Shown piece after piece: positions 48,739 to 59,096 of a stretch of DNA of 64,000 nucleotides. Where the stretch lies: positions 29,968 through 93,967 of the forward strand of contig CAMMWP010000002.1 of NCBI GenBank assembly GCA_946500615.1, in the 5' to 3' direction. How positions within the stretch are numbered: the stretch's first letter is position 1; each line of letters begins with the position of its first letter. The DNA is from an uncultured Clostridium sp. (GTDB lineage: Bacteria > Bacillota > Clostridia > TANB77 > CAG-508). A program made the translations under genes and the position numbers. Below the pieces are notes generated by a model that did not search any database, was not told where the DNA came from, and saw only the letters and a list, made by a program, of their open reading frames with translations.

Positions 48739-48902
48739 AGATGCGTAGAATATTAAAGGCATTATTAAAAACAATACTAGTAATCTCAATAGCAAGTTTA
48801 TTCATGTTTTTAGTAAATAGATTTCCTTATATAATATGTATTTTAATGATTATTATTAGCATAATATTTATGTTTTTATATTTTTATTGGGAGGACTAGC
48901 TA

Positions 48903-49289
48903 ATGAATAAAGAAATAGAAAGTTTATTAGAAATAAATGAAACAATAATAACCAGAGAACAACGCAAAGAACATAGAACATTAAGGAATGATGAAACAGT
49001 TTTATTAATGAATAATATAAAAATTAAAGAATACATACAAGAATTAGAATTTCAAAATACAGCATTAAAAGCAGAACACAATCATAACATAGATAAAATT
49101 AAAGAGTTAGAGCAAAAAGAAAGCATATTAGATAAAGTAACAGACAAATTAAAAGAAAGAATAAAAGAGTTAGATAATTTAAAAGAAAATTATATAAAAC
49201 TAAAAGAATATGACCAAGTAGATTTTACATTATGCAAAAAAAGAGAGGTAAGAGAAATATTAAATATCATAGAAGGAGAAAAGGAATAA
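48903..49289 (+). CDS. Hypothetical coiled-coil phage protein
   Basis: 128 aa. Confidence 0.4.
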   Translation: MNKEIESLLEINETIITREQRKEHRTLRNDETVLLMNNIKIKEYIQELEFQNTALKAEHNHNIDKIKELEQKESILDKVTDKLKERIKELDNLKENYIKLKEYDQVDFTLCKKREVREILNIIEGEKE

Positions 49290-49441
49290 TGAAAAGGATA
49301 ATAGTATTTATAATAGAATTTTTAATTGGCTTAGGAGTGATTATTATAGGAAGAGCTATTTCGGATAGTTTCTTATGTGGTGCAATATGTGGAATTATAT
49401 ATGCAGTTATCGGAGACACAATAGAAACTGCTTTAGATTAA
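49289..49441 (+). CDS. Small membrane protein
   Basis: MKRIIVFIIEFLIGLGVIIIG... TM. Confidence 0.35.
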   Translation: MKRIIVFIIEFLIGLGVIIIGRAISDSFLCGAICGIIYAVIGDTIETALD

Positions 49442-49459
49442 AAGAAAAGAGGTAGAAAA

Positions 49460-49756
49460 ATGAAAGAAAATAAAATGCTAAGAAAAAGCAAAAAGGAACT
49501 AGAAGAATTAAAAATAAGAAATACTTTTCCACTTAAATACTTTATAATTGATTATTCGATATTTCATAAAAGATATATACTAGTAAATGTAAGTTTAGAT
49601 TCAGAAATAGATGATGGAGAGAAATGGTATTTTGTTTTAAGCGATGAAGAAGGTTGGGAATATCAGAAAGAAATACAAGAAATTTACGGAATAGAAGATT
49701 TACAGTATTTAGAAGAAAAGGCAAACAAACTAAACAAAGAAAGAGAGTGTGAATAA
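49460..49756 (+). CDS. Hypothetical phage protein
   Basis: RBS gaggtag. Confidence 0.4.
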   Translation: MKENKMLRKSKKELEELKIRNTFPLKYFIIDYSIFHKRYILVNVSLDSEIDDGEKWYFVLSDEEGWEYQKEIQEIYGIEDLQYLEEKANKLNKERECE

Positions 49757-49994
49757 TATGGCAAAATTTTCAGATATATTAGTTAGCACAAATGAATATA
49801 GACCATGTAAAGTTATGGGAAGGAAATGTTTATTTCATCAATGGATTAAGAAAAATGATATATTAAAAAATGAATATTTGTTAGGACTAATAGAATTTGA
49901 AGATGGACATTTAGAAGAAGTCCCAGTTAATAATATAATTTTTGATGATAATAAAATAGAAAAATATTATTTTAAAGAAAGAGAGGATAAATAG
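49749..49994 (+). CDS. Hypothetical phage protein
   Basis: Overlapping start. Confidence 0.35.
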   Translation: MNNMAKFSDILVSTNEYRPCKVMGRKCLFHQWIKKNDILKNEYLLGLIEFEDGHLEEVPVNNIIFDDNKIEKYYFKEREDK

Positions 49995-49996
49995 AT

Positions 49997-50386
49997 ATGA
50001 ATTATAAAGAAGAAGATAAAAAGTTAATAGAAAGTGCAAATTATAGATACTATAAATTTACAGATAAAATAATAGAAAATATAGTTAGCAAAGAAATGAA
50101 TCAAGTAGCTAATGAAGAATGGAGAACTTTAATACAAATGTTATATCCCAAAAATATGATAGGAAGCGGCCTATTTCAACCAATCTTAATATTTAAAATA
50201 AATAAAAAAGGAAAAAGAGTGGATCCACCAATAGAAGCTTATAACTCATTAGATGATATACAAGAAGATACATGCTTATTTTACAGAATAATAGAACATA
50301 TAGAAAAGAATAGCAAAATAAAAATAGATGAAAGTTTTTATAAATTTAAAGAAAGAATCCAAGCAAAAGAAAGAGAGGAAAAGTAA
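49997..50386 (+). CDS. Hypothetical phage protein
   Basis: 129 aa. Confidence 0.4.
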   Translation: MNYKEEDKKLIESANYRYYKFTDKIIENIVSKEMNQVANEEWRTLIQMLYPKNMIGSGLFQPILIFKINKKGKRVDPPIEAYNSLDDIQEDTCLFYRIIEHIEKNSKIKIDESFYKFKERIQAKEREEK

Positions 50387-50762
50387 TATGACAATAAAAT
50401 CAAAATATAATATACGGACAAAGAGTCTGGGTAATTTATGAAAATTAAGGAGAAGCTTGTGTTTATAATGATTATATTGATGAAATATGTGTAAATACTG
50501 AAAACGGCATATATTATATATTAAAAGATGCTTGTATAGATAGAAGTGAAAATGACATAGTCTTATATGAAGACACAGAGATTTTGATAGAAAGAATTAA
50601 AGAAATAACAAACAAAACAGTAGAAAGTAAGTGATTTTATGACAAAAGAAATAAAGAACATATTAAAGAAAGACTTAAAGAAATATGAGAGCTTAGTTAA
50701 TATAACAGAAGGAGAAGCATAAGAAATATACATGGAAGTAGTTATGTTTTTTCAAGAATTAA

Positions 50763-51263
50763 TTGAAGAGTAAGGAGGAACAAATGACTAAACCAGAATT
50801 AATAGAATTGTTAAAAAGTTATAAAGAAAATAAAGCTAAATTAAATATAAGACTAAAAGAATTAAAACTAGCAAGGATAAAGCTAAAATCATTAGAAGAG
50901 GTAGATGTTAATTTATCTGTAGCATATGGATTAAATCAAGATATACATAGTAAGAATAAAATATCTGACAAAGTGGGAAGACAAGTAGAAGAAAATGATA
51001 GTAAAAGAAGAGAATTAGAAGAGGAAATTAAAGAGCTAGAAAAAACAGTAAGAGAATTAAGAGATAAAGTAGAATCAGTAGATGACAGATTAGAATGTTT
51101 AAAATACAGAGAAAAAGAAATACTTTATGCTTATTACATAGAAGGTAGAACATATCAAGATATAGGTGATAATTTATACTTTAAATTGTTTCACCAAACA
51201 AGAGATGGTGATACTATTAAAGATATAGTAAAAGAAGCAACCAAAAAAATGATAAATTTATAA
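50763..51263 (+). CDS. ArpU/RinA-family phage late-gene transcriptional activator (sigma-like)
   Basis: C-terminal region-4-like REKEILYAYYIEGRTYQDIGDNL. Positioned upstream of the packaging module. Confidence 0.55.
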   Translation: MKSKEEQMTKPELIELLKSYKENKAKLNIRLKELKLARIKLKSLEEVDVNLSVAYGLNQDIHSKNKISDKVGRQVEENDSKRRELEEEIKELEKTVRELRDKVESVDDRLECLKYREKEILYAYYIEGRTYQDIGDNLYFKLFHQTRDGDTIKDIVKEATKKMINL

Positions 51264-51979
51264 ATTCCCCTGTTTTTCCCCTCATTATAAGGTATTAATT
51301 AGTATTTATATATAGTATAATAACAATAGTAAGATTGTCGCAAGACAAAATATAGAAACTTTAAATAAGTTTATCCCCTTTTATTTTTGAAATATTTTTT
51401 TACAAAAGTTTCATAGAGATTGTACTTTAACAGTCTCTTGCCAATTACATTTTAACCATGTGAATAAACACAATATCATGTGTCATGGAATTATCCGACA
51501 AGTAGTCAGCTAAAAGGATACTTTTAGAAGGTTGCTTTTTAATTATAGTAATATAGTTAAAGAAGATGTAAAAATCAATACTGGATAATGTGCAAATGTT
51601 ATCGCTTAATAAAATACTAGAGTTGTCGTAGCCGTAATAGACGGACTAGTAGTCAATAAGCCTATAACTCATATCTAGCAAATATGAAGCAATGTAGGTA
51701 ATGCTAAATAAGGCTATTTCTCGTGAATACTCTGAAAAGAGGATATAAGACATAACTAGGTTAAAGTAGCTCAATTCGAGATAAAAAAGCAATGTTAGGA
51801 TTGGAAATTCAAAAACATTCTGAATGATGGGTGAAATTTATGGGCAGTCAATCCCATACGAGCTTGAAAGGGGCAAGAAGTTATAAGGTCGCTACTTATA
51901 ACTCAGACTTGTTCTCTCGGTGATTGAATAATTAAGAAGATAATAATTTGTAAGGTGAAAGTCTAAATGTATTTTATAT

Positions 51980-52056
51980 TGCGGAATGGAGAAGAGGTCA
52001 ATCTCGCTAGTCTCATAAGCTAGAGATCGTAAGTTCGAATCTTACTTCTGCAACCA
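51980..52056 (+). tRNA. tRNA-Met (anticodon CAT; could alternatively be tRNA-Ile2 lysidine type), phage-encoded
   Basis: Manual fold: acceptor tgcggaa/ttctgca, D-stem gaga/tctc, anticodon stem ctagt/gctag with loop ctCATaa, T-stem gtaag/cttac with loop TTCGAAT, discriminator A, CCA encoded. Confidence 0.7.
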
Positions 52057-52156
52057 AACCCTATAAAGTATAATTAAAAGAAAAGGGTATTTAAGAGAAG
52101 AGTAGATGTTAATATTAATGTCTGCTCTTTTTAATTTAATTAGGAGGAGTAGAAAA

Positions 52157-52420
52157 ATGGGAAGTAAAGAATTTATTGATGATTGCAAAGAAAAAGTAAG
52201 AAGTTATGCAATGGGACATTTAGATAAAAGCGATGAAACACCAACATTTGAAGTTTTTGTGGTGTGGTATAGTAAAACATTGCAAAATCATAAAGCGTTA
52301 TTAAGTACATCATTGCCAGATGGTATGTATTATGAATTAACTTACAATGGAGATAAAAAAGAACTATATTTTGATGCATATAAAAAATTTGAAAATAAAT
52401 GTATAAAATATGAAGATTAG
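52157..52420 (+). CDS. Hypothetical phage protein
   Basis: RBS aggaggagtagaaaaATG. Confidence 0.4.
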   Translation: MGSKEFIDDCKEKVRSYAMGHLDKSDETPTFEVFVVWYSKTLQNHKALLSTSLPDGMYYELTYNGDKKELYFDAYKKFENKCIKYED

Positions 52421-52585
52421 TTTTCAACAATTACTAACTATATTCTATATAGTTAAAGAATTGTGAAATAAATTACCTATCTACCAAGAAGTAGAAAAGG
52501 TTTCTGGAAATGTACTATAAATGCAAGTGAACATTGCTGTGATTACTTGTAAATACTAGTTTATTATAGTGCAATTTCTGTATAT

Positions 52586-52660
52586 TTGGGAATAGTTAAA
52601 TTGGTATAACAACAGGCTTTGACCTTGTCATTCTTAGTTCGAGTCTAAGTTCCCAAGCCA
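52586..52660 (+). tRNA. tRNA-Gln (anticodon TTG), phage-encoded
   Basis: Manual fold: acceptor ttgggaa/ttcccaa, D-stem gtta/taac, anticodon stem acagg/cttgt with loop ctTTGac, T-stem cttag/ctaag with loop TTCGAGT, CCA encoded. Confidence 0.7.
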
Positions 52661-52672
52661 AAGGAGAAACGT

Positions 52673-52876
52673 ATGAAAAATAATTTTGAAAGATTTGTAG
52701 AAGAAATCTGCAGTAATTGTAAAGACAGAGAACGAAAAGATTGTGAAATAAGAAAAAGATTAGATGGAACTTTGTATTGTGAACCGTATGAAAGAGCAAG
52801 TAGACCAGAAAAGAAAAAGAAACCAGAAGTTGTAACAGCTAAACAGAGTAAACCATTGATGAAAGGATTAGTGTAA
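52673..52876 (+). CDS. Small Cys-containing phage protein
   Basis: RBS aaaggagaaacgtATG. Confidence 0.4.
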   Translation: MKNNFERFVEEICSNCKDRERKDCEIRKRLDGTLYCEPYERASRPEKKKKPEVVTAKQSKPLMKGLV

Positions 52877-52877
52877 A

Positions 52878-53153
52878 ATGAAAAAATTAAAGTTTTTAGT
52901 AAATGTACCAGACAAATATACTAAAGAAAAATACGAAAAGGGACAAATAAAAGAATTTAATAATAAAAGAGCAGAAGAAATATTAAATACTAAAAGAGCA
53001 AATGGAGAACCTTATGCAATTTTAATAGAAGAGGAAATAGAAACAGCAACAGTAAAACCAAAAGCAGAAAAGGCAGTAAAGAAAAGCAGAAAAGTAAAGA
53101 GTATAGAATTAGATTTGGATAAGGGAATTGTTAAGGAGAATTATGACATATAG
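52878..53153 (+). CDS. Hypothetical phage protein
   Basis: Coupled start. Confidence 0.4.
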   Translation: MKKLKFLVNVPDKYTKEKYEKGQIKEFNNKRAEEILNTKRANGEPYAILIEEEIETATVKPKAEKAVKKSRKVKSIELDLDKGIVKENYDI

Positions 53154-53463
53154 AGATAATCTAGAAATAGCAAGAAAGTATAAAAGTAAAAGATGGCAAA
53201 AGCTTAGAAAAGAAAAGCTATTATTAACAAATGGATTATGTGAAAGATGTTTAAAGAAGCGGGTTATATATACCTGCTTTTTTTGTGCATCACAAGGAAT
53301 ATGTAACAGACCAAAACTATCAAGATGATAATGTATTCTTTAATATAAATAATACAGAAAGCTTATGTAAGGAATGTCACAATAAAGAACATTTTGCTAA
53401 AGAAGAGGAATATAGTTTTAACGAGAATGGAGATTTAATCCCCCCTATAAGCCGAAAAAAATA
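53128..53463 (+). pseudogene. HNH endonuclease, frameshifted
   Basis: Frame 1 reads ...RWQKLRKEKLLLTNGLCERCLKK. The second half, in another frame, reads LYIPAFFVHHKEYVTD...NTESLCKECHNKEHF. Deleting one G at about 53266 restores a contiguous HNH protein. Confidence 0.55.
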
Positions 53464-53552
53464 GGACTAAGGGAGAACGGTGAGTGGGCATTCGAAAAAT
53501 GCACAAGTTATTTTGCGTGAGGGGTGTAGTCAAGAGGAGGTGTAGATATAAA

Positions 53553-53942
53553 GTGGAAGAAGATGAAAATATTTTAGGTTTAAGTGGACAAGAATTAATA
53601 GAAAAAAACAAAACAATAAAAAAAGAAGTGAATAGGTTAAAAAAATTATTTAAGGATTTAGAAGAAAACAAAAAGAAGCTAGCAAAAAGTTTAATTGAAA
53701 ATGCAGCCTTTATGTCTATAACCTTAGAAGATTTAAAAAAGGATATTGTTAAATACGGAGTAAAAGAAACATATGTAAATGGAAGAGACCAATATGGATT
53801 TAAAGAATCAATTGAAAGTAAAACATATAATACTATGATAAAAAATTATATGAATATAATAAAACAGTTGAATGATATGATGCCAGAACAAAAAAAAATA
53901 GATGAGGATGATGAATTTAAGAAATTCAATGGTTTATCATGA
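53553..53942 (+). CDS. terS: Terminase small subunit (P27 family)
   Basis: RBS aagaggaggtg, then GTG start (53553). ...LSGQELIEKNK...AAFMSITLEDLKKDIVKYG. Confidence 0.65.
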   Translation: MEEDENILGLSGQELIEKNKTIKKEVNRLKKLFKDLEENKKKLAKSLIENAAFMSITLEDLKKDIVKYGVKETYVNGRDQYGFKESIESKTYNTMIKNYMNIIKQLNDMMPEQKKIDEDDEFKKFNGLS

Positions 53943-55645
53943 TTACATATATAGAAGAATATTATCAATTTTTATTAAAAAATCCAGATAAGGCTTGCCG
54001 AAAAGTATTGATTACATACAAGAAACTTGTTCAAGATTTATATAATCTTAAACAGGTTTCTTTTTTTAATGAAATAACAGAAGAAGATGAAACACATACT
54101 TATATATTTGATATAAAAAAAGGTAATAGACCTATCGAGTTTATAGAAAGATTTTGTAAACATTCAAAAGGAAAGTGGGCAGGACAACCTGTTATTTTAG
54201 AATTGTGGCAAAAAGCTTTTATTCAAGCACTATTTGGATTTGTAGATAAGGATACAGGTTTAAGAAAATATAAAAAAGGAATCTTATTTGTTGGAAGAAA
54301 AAATGGAAAATCTACAATAGATGCAGGACTTGGTAATTATATGCTTACTTCTGCAGGAGAAGGAGGAGCAGAGGTCTATTCTGTAGCAACTAAAAAGGAT
54401 CAAGCTAAGGTTGTTTGGGAAGAAGCAAAAAGGATGATTAAGAAAAGTCCTGTTTTAGCAAAAAGGATAAGAACTTTAGTAAATGGATTATTTTATGATT
54501 CAACAGAAAGTTTCTTTAAAGCATTAGCCAGTGACAGTAATTCGCTAGATGGTTTAAATGCATTTTTTGTAATAGGGGATGAAATTCATGCTTGGAAAGA
54601 TAAAAATTTGCTTGATGTTATGTATGATTCTATGTCTGCTAGGGAAGAGCCACTTTTTCTTGAAACATCTACAATGGGAATTATAAGAGAAAGCGTCTTT
54701 GATAATGAATATGAATATGCTAGTTCAGTAATAGATGGATATGAAGACCTAGAAGGCGGAATAGAAGATGAAACAATTCTTGCGGTTATATATGAATTAG
54801 ACAATCAAAATGAGTGGCAAGATGAGAAAAAATGGTATAAAGCAAATCCTGGTTTAGGAACAATTAAAAATATAAGAGATTTAAGAGACAAAGTAAATAG
54901 AGCTAAAAACAATCCAACAGAGCTATCTAATTTACTTTGTAAAGACTTTAATGTTAGACAAAACGAACAGGATAAGTGGTTAACATTTGATATAGCTAAC
55001 AATGAAGAGGTTTATAATTTAGAGGAATTGTTTGATACTTATGCAATTGGGGGAGCTGATTTATCTAGTACAACAGATTTAACATGTGCAACGTTAGTTA
55101 TAGTTAAACATAATAAAAAATATGTAATACAGCAGTATTTTATACCTTCTGAAAGACTAGAATTTAAGATAAAAGACGATAAAATTCCATATGATAAATG
55201 GGAAAAGAGAGGACTAGTTACAATATGTGATGGAGCTAAAGTGAATTATAGTGATGTAACACAATGGTTTTTGAGAATGTATGAAGATTATAATATTTCT
55301 ACATTATGGGTAGGATATGACCCTTGGAATACACAATATTGGGTAGAAGAAATGAAAGAATATGGATTTAATATGATAGAGGTAAGACAAGGAGCTAAAA
55401 CAATGTCTAATCCGATGAAACAATTAGAAGCGGATTTGATTGAAAAGAATGTGAATTATAATAATAATCCAATTTTAAAATGGTGTTTATGTAATACATC
55501 TGTAAAAAGAGATGAAAATGATAATATAAGACCAGTTAAAGGACAAAAACAAAGAGCAAGAATTGATGGCACAGTAAGTTTGATAATAGCTTACTGTGTT
55601 TTATTTGAAAAAATGCAAGATTATCTAGTATTGCAGGAGGAATAA
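53939..55645 (+). CDS. terL: Terminase large subunit
   Basis: 568 aa. ATPase Walker A (LFVGRKNGKS) and C-terminal nuclease domain. Confidence 0.85.
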   Translation: MITYIEEYYQFLLKNPDKACRKVLITYKKLVQDLYNLKQVSFFNEITEEDETHTYIFDIKKGNRPIEFIERFCKHSKGKWAGQPVILELWQKAFIQALFGFVDKDTGLRKYKKGILFVGRKNGKSTIDAGLGNYMLTSAGEGGAEVYSVATKKDQAKVVWEEAKRMIKKSPVLAKRIRTLVNGLFYDSTESFFKALASDSNSLDGLNAFFVIGDEIHAWKDKNLLDVMYDSMSAREEPLFLETSTMGIIRESVFDNEYEYASSVIDGYEDLEGGIEDETILAVIYELDNQNEWQDEKKWYKANPGLGTIKNIRDLRDKVNRAKNNPTELSNLLCKDFNVRQNEQDKWLTFDIANNEEVYNLEELFDTYAIGGADLSSTTDLTCATLVIVKHNKKYVIQQYFIPSERLEFKIKDDKIPYDKWEKRGLVTICDGAKVNYSDVTQWFLRMYEDYNISTLWVGYDPWNTQYWVEEMKEYGFNMIEVRQGAKTMSNPMKQLEADLIEKNVNYNNNPILKWCLCNTSVKRDENDNIRPVKGQKQRARIDGTVSLIIAYCVLFEKMQDYLVLQEE

Positions 55646-55646
55646 G

Positions 55647-56880
55647 ATGAAAAAAGAAAAAAGAAGCCTATTTAATATGATTTTTCGGAAATAAAAAGCA
55701 AAAAATAATAGAGCAAACATTACAGTTATTAAGTGGATTTAATGCTACATATACAGATATCTCTGACAATGTAAAGGATAATATCATAGCAAAAGAATGC
55801 ATAAATGCAATAGCAACACATTGTGCAAAAATGATGCCAAGGCATTATCAAAGAGATGGACAATTAAAAAACTCAATAAATGGAGATATAAATTATATAA
55901 TAAGCTGTAGACCAAATCCATTTATGACAGTATATCAGTTTTTATACAAAACAGTAAGTTTATGGTTATCTCAAAATAATGAATTTATATATATTGATAT
56001 AGATAATAGAGGATATTTAAGAGGTTTATATCCATTAAATCCTTTATTCTGCACTTTAATCGAATACGAAAACGAGATTTGGTTAAAGTTTCAATTTTTG
56101 AATGGAAATATATATTACATAAAATATAGTAGAATAATACATTTAAGAGATTATTATATAGACCATGATTTTTATGGAGATACAAATGAGGTTTTATTAA
56201 GTGCAATAGAAACTCAGACTGTAGCTGATGATGGAATAAAAAATGCTATAAAAATAAGTACATCTCTAAGAGGGATTATAAAAGCAGCGAATGCAATGTT
56301 AAAAAATAAAGATATACAGGATATGAGGGATGACTTTATAAATGATTTATTAAAAAGCACAACAGGAATAGCTGGATTAGATTCAAGAATGGATTTTAAA
56401 GAAATAAATTTAGAACCAGTATTGTTAAATAAGGACCAGTTAGAAATGGTAAATGGTAACATATATGGATATTTTATGGTATCAGAAAAAATTATAAAAA
56501 GTGAATATACGTCAGATGAATGGAACGCTTTTTATGAAAGTGTTTTAGAACCACGTGCAATACAGATGGGACAGACTTTTACAAATGCAATATTTGGAGA
56601 TAAGGCTATAAAAGAAGGACACTGTGTAGAATTTTCAGTAAATCGTATAAAATATGCCAAGACAGATACAAAAATAAGTTTAATTAAAGAAGCAGGAAGT
56701 TTAGGGTTATTAACTGTAGATGAGGGTAGAGAAATATTAGATTTACCAGCAATTGGAGGAGAAGAAGGAAATAAGAGATTACAAACATTAAATGTTATAA
56801 ATGCAAATTTAGCAGACAAATATCAAGGAGGTGTAAATAATGGGCAAGAAGGAACTAGCAATGAAGGAAATGAGAATTAG
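55647..56880 (+). CDS. Portal protein (HK97 family), with a +1 frameshift in a T5 run at about 55681-55685
   Basis: RBS aggagg, ATG 55647. MKKEKRSLFNMIF then stop. The continuing frame reads (F)GNKKQKIIEQTLQ... and is the 55831..56880 ORF. Removing one T joins them into a portal of about 410 aa. Confidence 0.7.
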
Positions 56881-57421
56881 TGAATTAAGAGCATTAGACA
56901 TTACAGAAGAAAATAAAGATATGATAGTAGAAGGTTACGCAGCGGTATTTGAAACTGAAACTGATTTGGGTTGGTGCAAAGAAGTAGTAAGTAGAGATGC
57001 TTTTAATGACTGTAATATGAGTGATTGCGTGTTAAAATACAATCACAATGATAATTGTTTAATTCTAGCACGAACAAGAAACAAAAGCTTAGAATTAACT
57101 GTTGATAATAAAGGATTAAAAATAAAAGCAAATTTAATCGATACAACACAAAATAGAGATATTTATAAGATGATAAAAGCAGGACTCTTAGATAAAATGA
57201 GTTTTGCTTTTTCTGTTAGAAAACAAGAATGGGATTATGAAAATGATGTAAGAAGAATAACAGAAATATCTCAACTATTTGATGTTTCTGTTGTGGATGT
57301 ACCAGCTTACGAAACTACAGAGATATATGCAAGAAGTAAAGAAGATTATGAAAAAGAAAAAGAACAATACAAACATGAAAAACTAGAAAAAGAAAAATTA
57401 AATTTATTATTAAGTTTATAA
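56840..57421 (+). CDS. Prohead protease (HK97 family)
   Basis: ...ISELRALDI...IVEGYAAVFETETD...RDAFND... typical of HK97 gp4-like proteases. Confidence 0.7.
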   Translation: MGKKELAMKEMRISELRALDITEENKDMIVEGYAAVFETETDLGWCKEVVSRDAFNDCNMSDCVLKYNHNDNCLILARTRNKSLELTVDNKGLKIKANLIDTTQNRDIYKMIKAGLLDKMSFAFSVRKQEWDYENDVRRITEISQLFDVSVVDVPAYETTEIYARSKEDYEKEKEQYKHEKLEKEKLNLLLSL

Positions 57422-57540
57422 ACTCGATAAAAGAAGTGGTGGTAGAACTGCTTCTTTTTTTGCTGGTAGAAGTAAAATAGAGTCTTTATAAAAAGCGGTG
57501 GTAGAACTGCCATAAAAAATAAAATTAGGAGGAAACAAAG

Positions 57541-58785
57541 ATGACATTAAAAGAAAAGAAAGAAGAATTAAGAAAAAAAATTAATGAAGCTAAAGATGAA
57601 AACGAATTAGCAGAATTAAGAAAACAAGTTGAATTACTAGAAGATTTAGAACCAGAGGAAGAAAAGAAAGAAGAAAAAGTAGACGAAAGAAGTCTATTGA
57701 GAGGAGCAATTAAAGATTTAGAACAAGAAAAAAGAAATTTAAATCTACAAGATGCAAAAGAAATTGAAAAGCCAAAAAAGGAGGAAAGAAAAGTGGACGA
57801 AAAGCAAATGATTAAAGAAAGAGCAAAAGACTTAAAAGAAGGAAAAGCAATAAAAATTGGTTTTGACAATGGAGAACAAAGAAGTGTTACTGTATCTGGT
57901 GGCACTATTTTAGTACCTAAAAAATACAAAAATGAAATCCAAGAAAGCTTCAATGCTGTATCTGGAATGGTAGATATGTTAAATACTATTCCACTTAATG
58001 GTGGAGAGTCTTATTCTGTAGCTTTTGAAAAAGGATACGGAGAAGGTGACTACACAACAGAAGGCGGAGAATACAAAGACATAGATGTAGAAACAGATTA
58101 TGTTGAAACAGGTAGAGCAAAAATAACTTCTTACATAGAGGTTACAAAAGAAGTTAAAAATTTACCAGCAGCTAATTATTTAGCATTAATAGCTAAAAGA
58201 GTAAATAGCTCTATCAAGAAGAAAATTGGTGCACAATCTATTGTTGGTGCAGGAACAACAAATACAATAAAAGGTATTTATAATGCAGACACAAAAGTAA
58301 TGCCTACATCTACTGGAACTGCAGATATAGAACTTACAGGAATAGACGCAGATACATTAAATGAAATTACATTTGCATATGGAGGAAGTGAAGATGTAGA
58401 AGCACCACAAACATTAATACTATCTAAAGCAGATTTAAAAGAATTTGCTAAAGTAAAAACTACAGATGGCAAATTTGTTTATGCAATAACTAAAAATGGA
58501 GCAAGAGGTACAATATCTTATAAAGATGGTGGACTTGCTGTACCATTTGTTATTAACTCTGCTTGCAATTCTATTTCTGATACAGCTACTACAGCTGGAA
58601 AATACACTATGATCTATGGTTCACTTTCTGATTATGAAATGCCAGTATTCTCTGACATAGAAGTACAAGAAAGTACAGATTACCAATTCAAGAAGGGCAT
58701 GATTGCTTATAGAGCAGATTGTATAATCGGTGGTACTGTATCTAAATACAACGGATTCGTAAGAGTAAAAAAAAAAGTAGCGTAG
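57541..58785 (+). CDS. Major capsid protein (HK97 fold) with an N-terminal coiled-coil delta/scaffold domain
   Basis: 414 aa. An A10 slippery run lies immediately before the stop. Confidence 0.8.
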   Translation: MTLKEKKEELRKKINEAKDENELAELRKQVELLEDLEPEEEKKEEKVDERSLLRGAIKDLEQEKRNLNLQDAKEIEKPKKEERKVDEKQMIKERAKDLKEGKAIKIGFDNGEQRSVTVSGGTILVPKKYKNEIQESFNAVSGMVDMLNTIPLNGGESYSVAFEKGYGEGDYTTEGGEYKDIDVETDYVETGRAKITSYIEVTKEVKNLPAANYLALIAKRVNSSIKKKIGAQSIVGAGTTNTIKGIYNADTKVMPTSTGTADIELTGIDADTLNEITFAYGGSEDVEAPQTLILSKADLKEFAKVKTTDGKFVYAITKNGARGTISYKDGGLAVPFVINSACNSISDTATTAGKYTMIYGSLSDYEMPVFSDIEVQESTDYQFKKGMIAYRADCIIGGTVSKYNGFVRVKKKVA

Positions 58786-59081
58786 TAGACCCAGAAATTA
58801 CACAATTAACTATTACACCAGTTGAAGAATTAGAAACACCTGTTGAAGCTGATACAAAAGTTGCAGATTTAAGTGCAACAGGAGGAACAGCACCTTATAC
58901 ATACAGTTTAAAGGATAGTACAGGAGATAATGCAGAATTTAAAATAAATGGAACAGAAGTACAAGCCAATACACAAATTGCAACAGCTAGTACAAAAAAT
59001 ATAACTGTAATAGTAACAGATAGTAAACAAAAAACAAAAGAAGCTTCTGCTCAAATTGAAATATCAGAAGCTTCTGTTTAA
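58776..59081 (+). CDS. Ig-like (Big_2-type) domain, possibly appended to the MCP by a programmed -1 frameshift at the A10 run
   Basis: 102-codon ORF in the -1 frame with no start codon. Reads ...VDPEITQLTITPVEELETPVEADTKVADLSATGGTAPYTYSLKDSTGDNAEFKINGTEVQA...ITVIVTD... Confidence 0.5.
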   Translation, partial: SSVVDPEITQLTITPVEELETPVEADTKVADLSATGGTAPYTYSLKDSTGDNAEFKINGTEVQANTQIATASTKNITVIVTDSKQKTKEASAQIEISEASV

Positions 59082-59096
59082 TTTTAGGAGGAAGAC

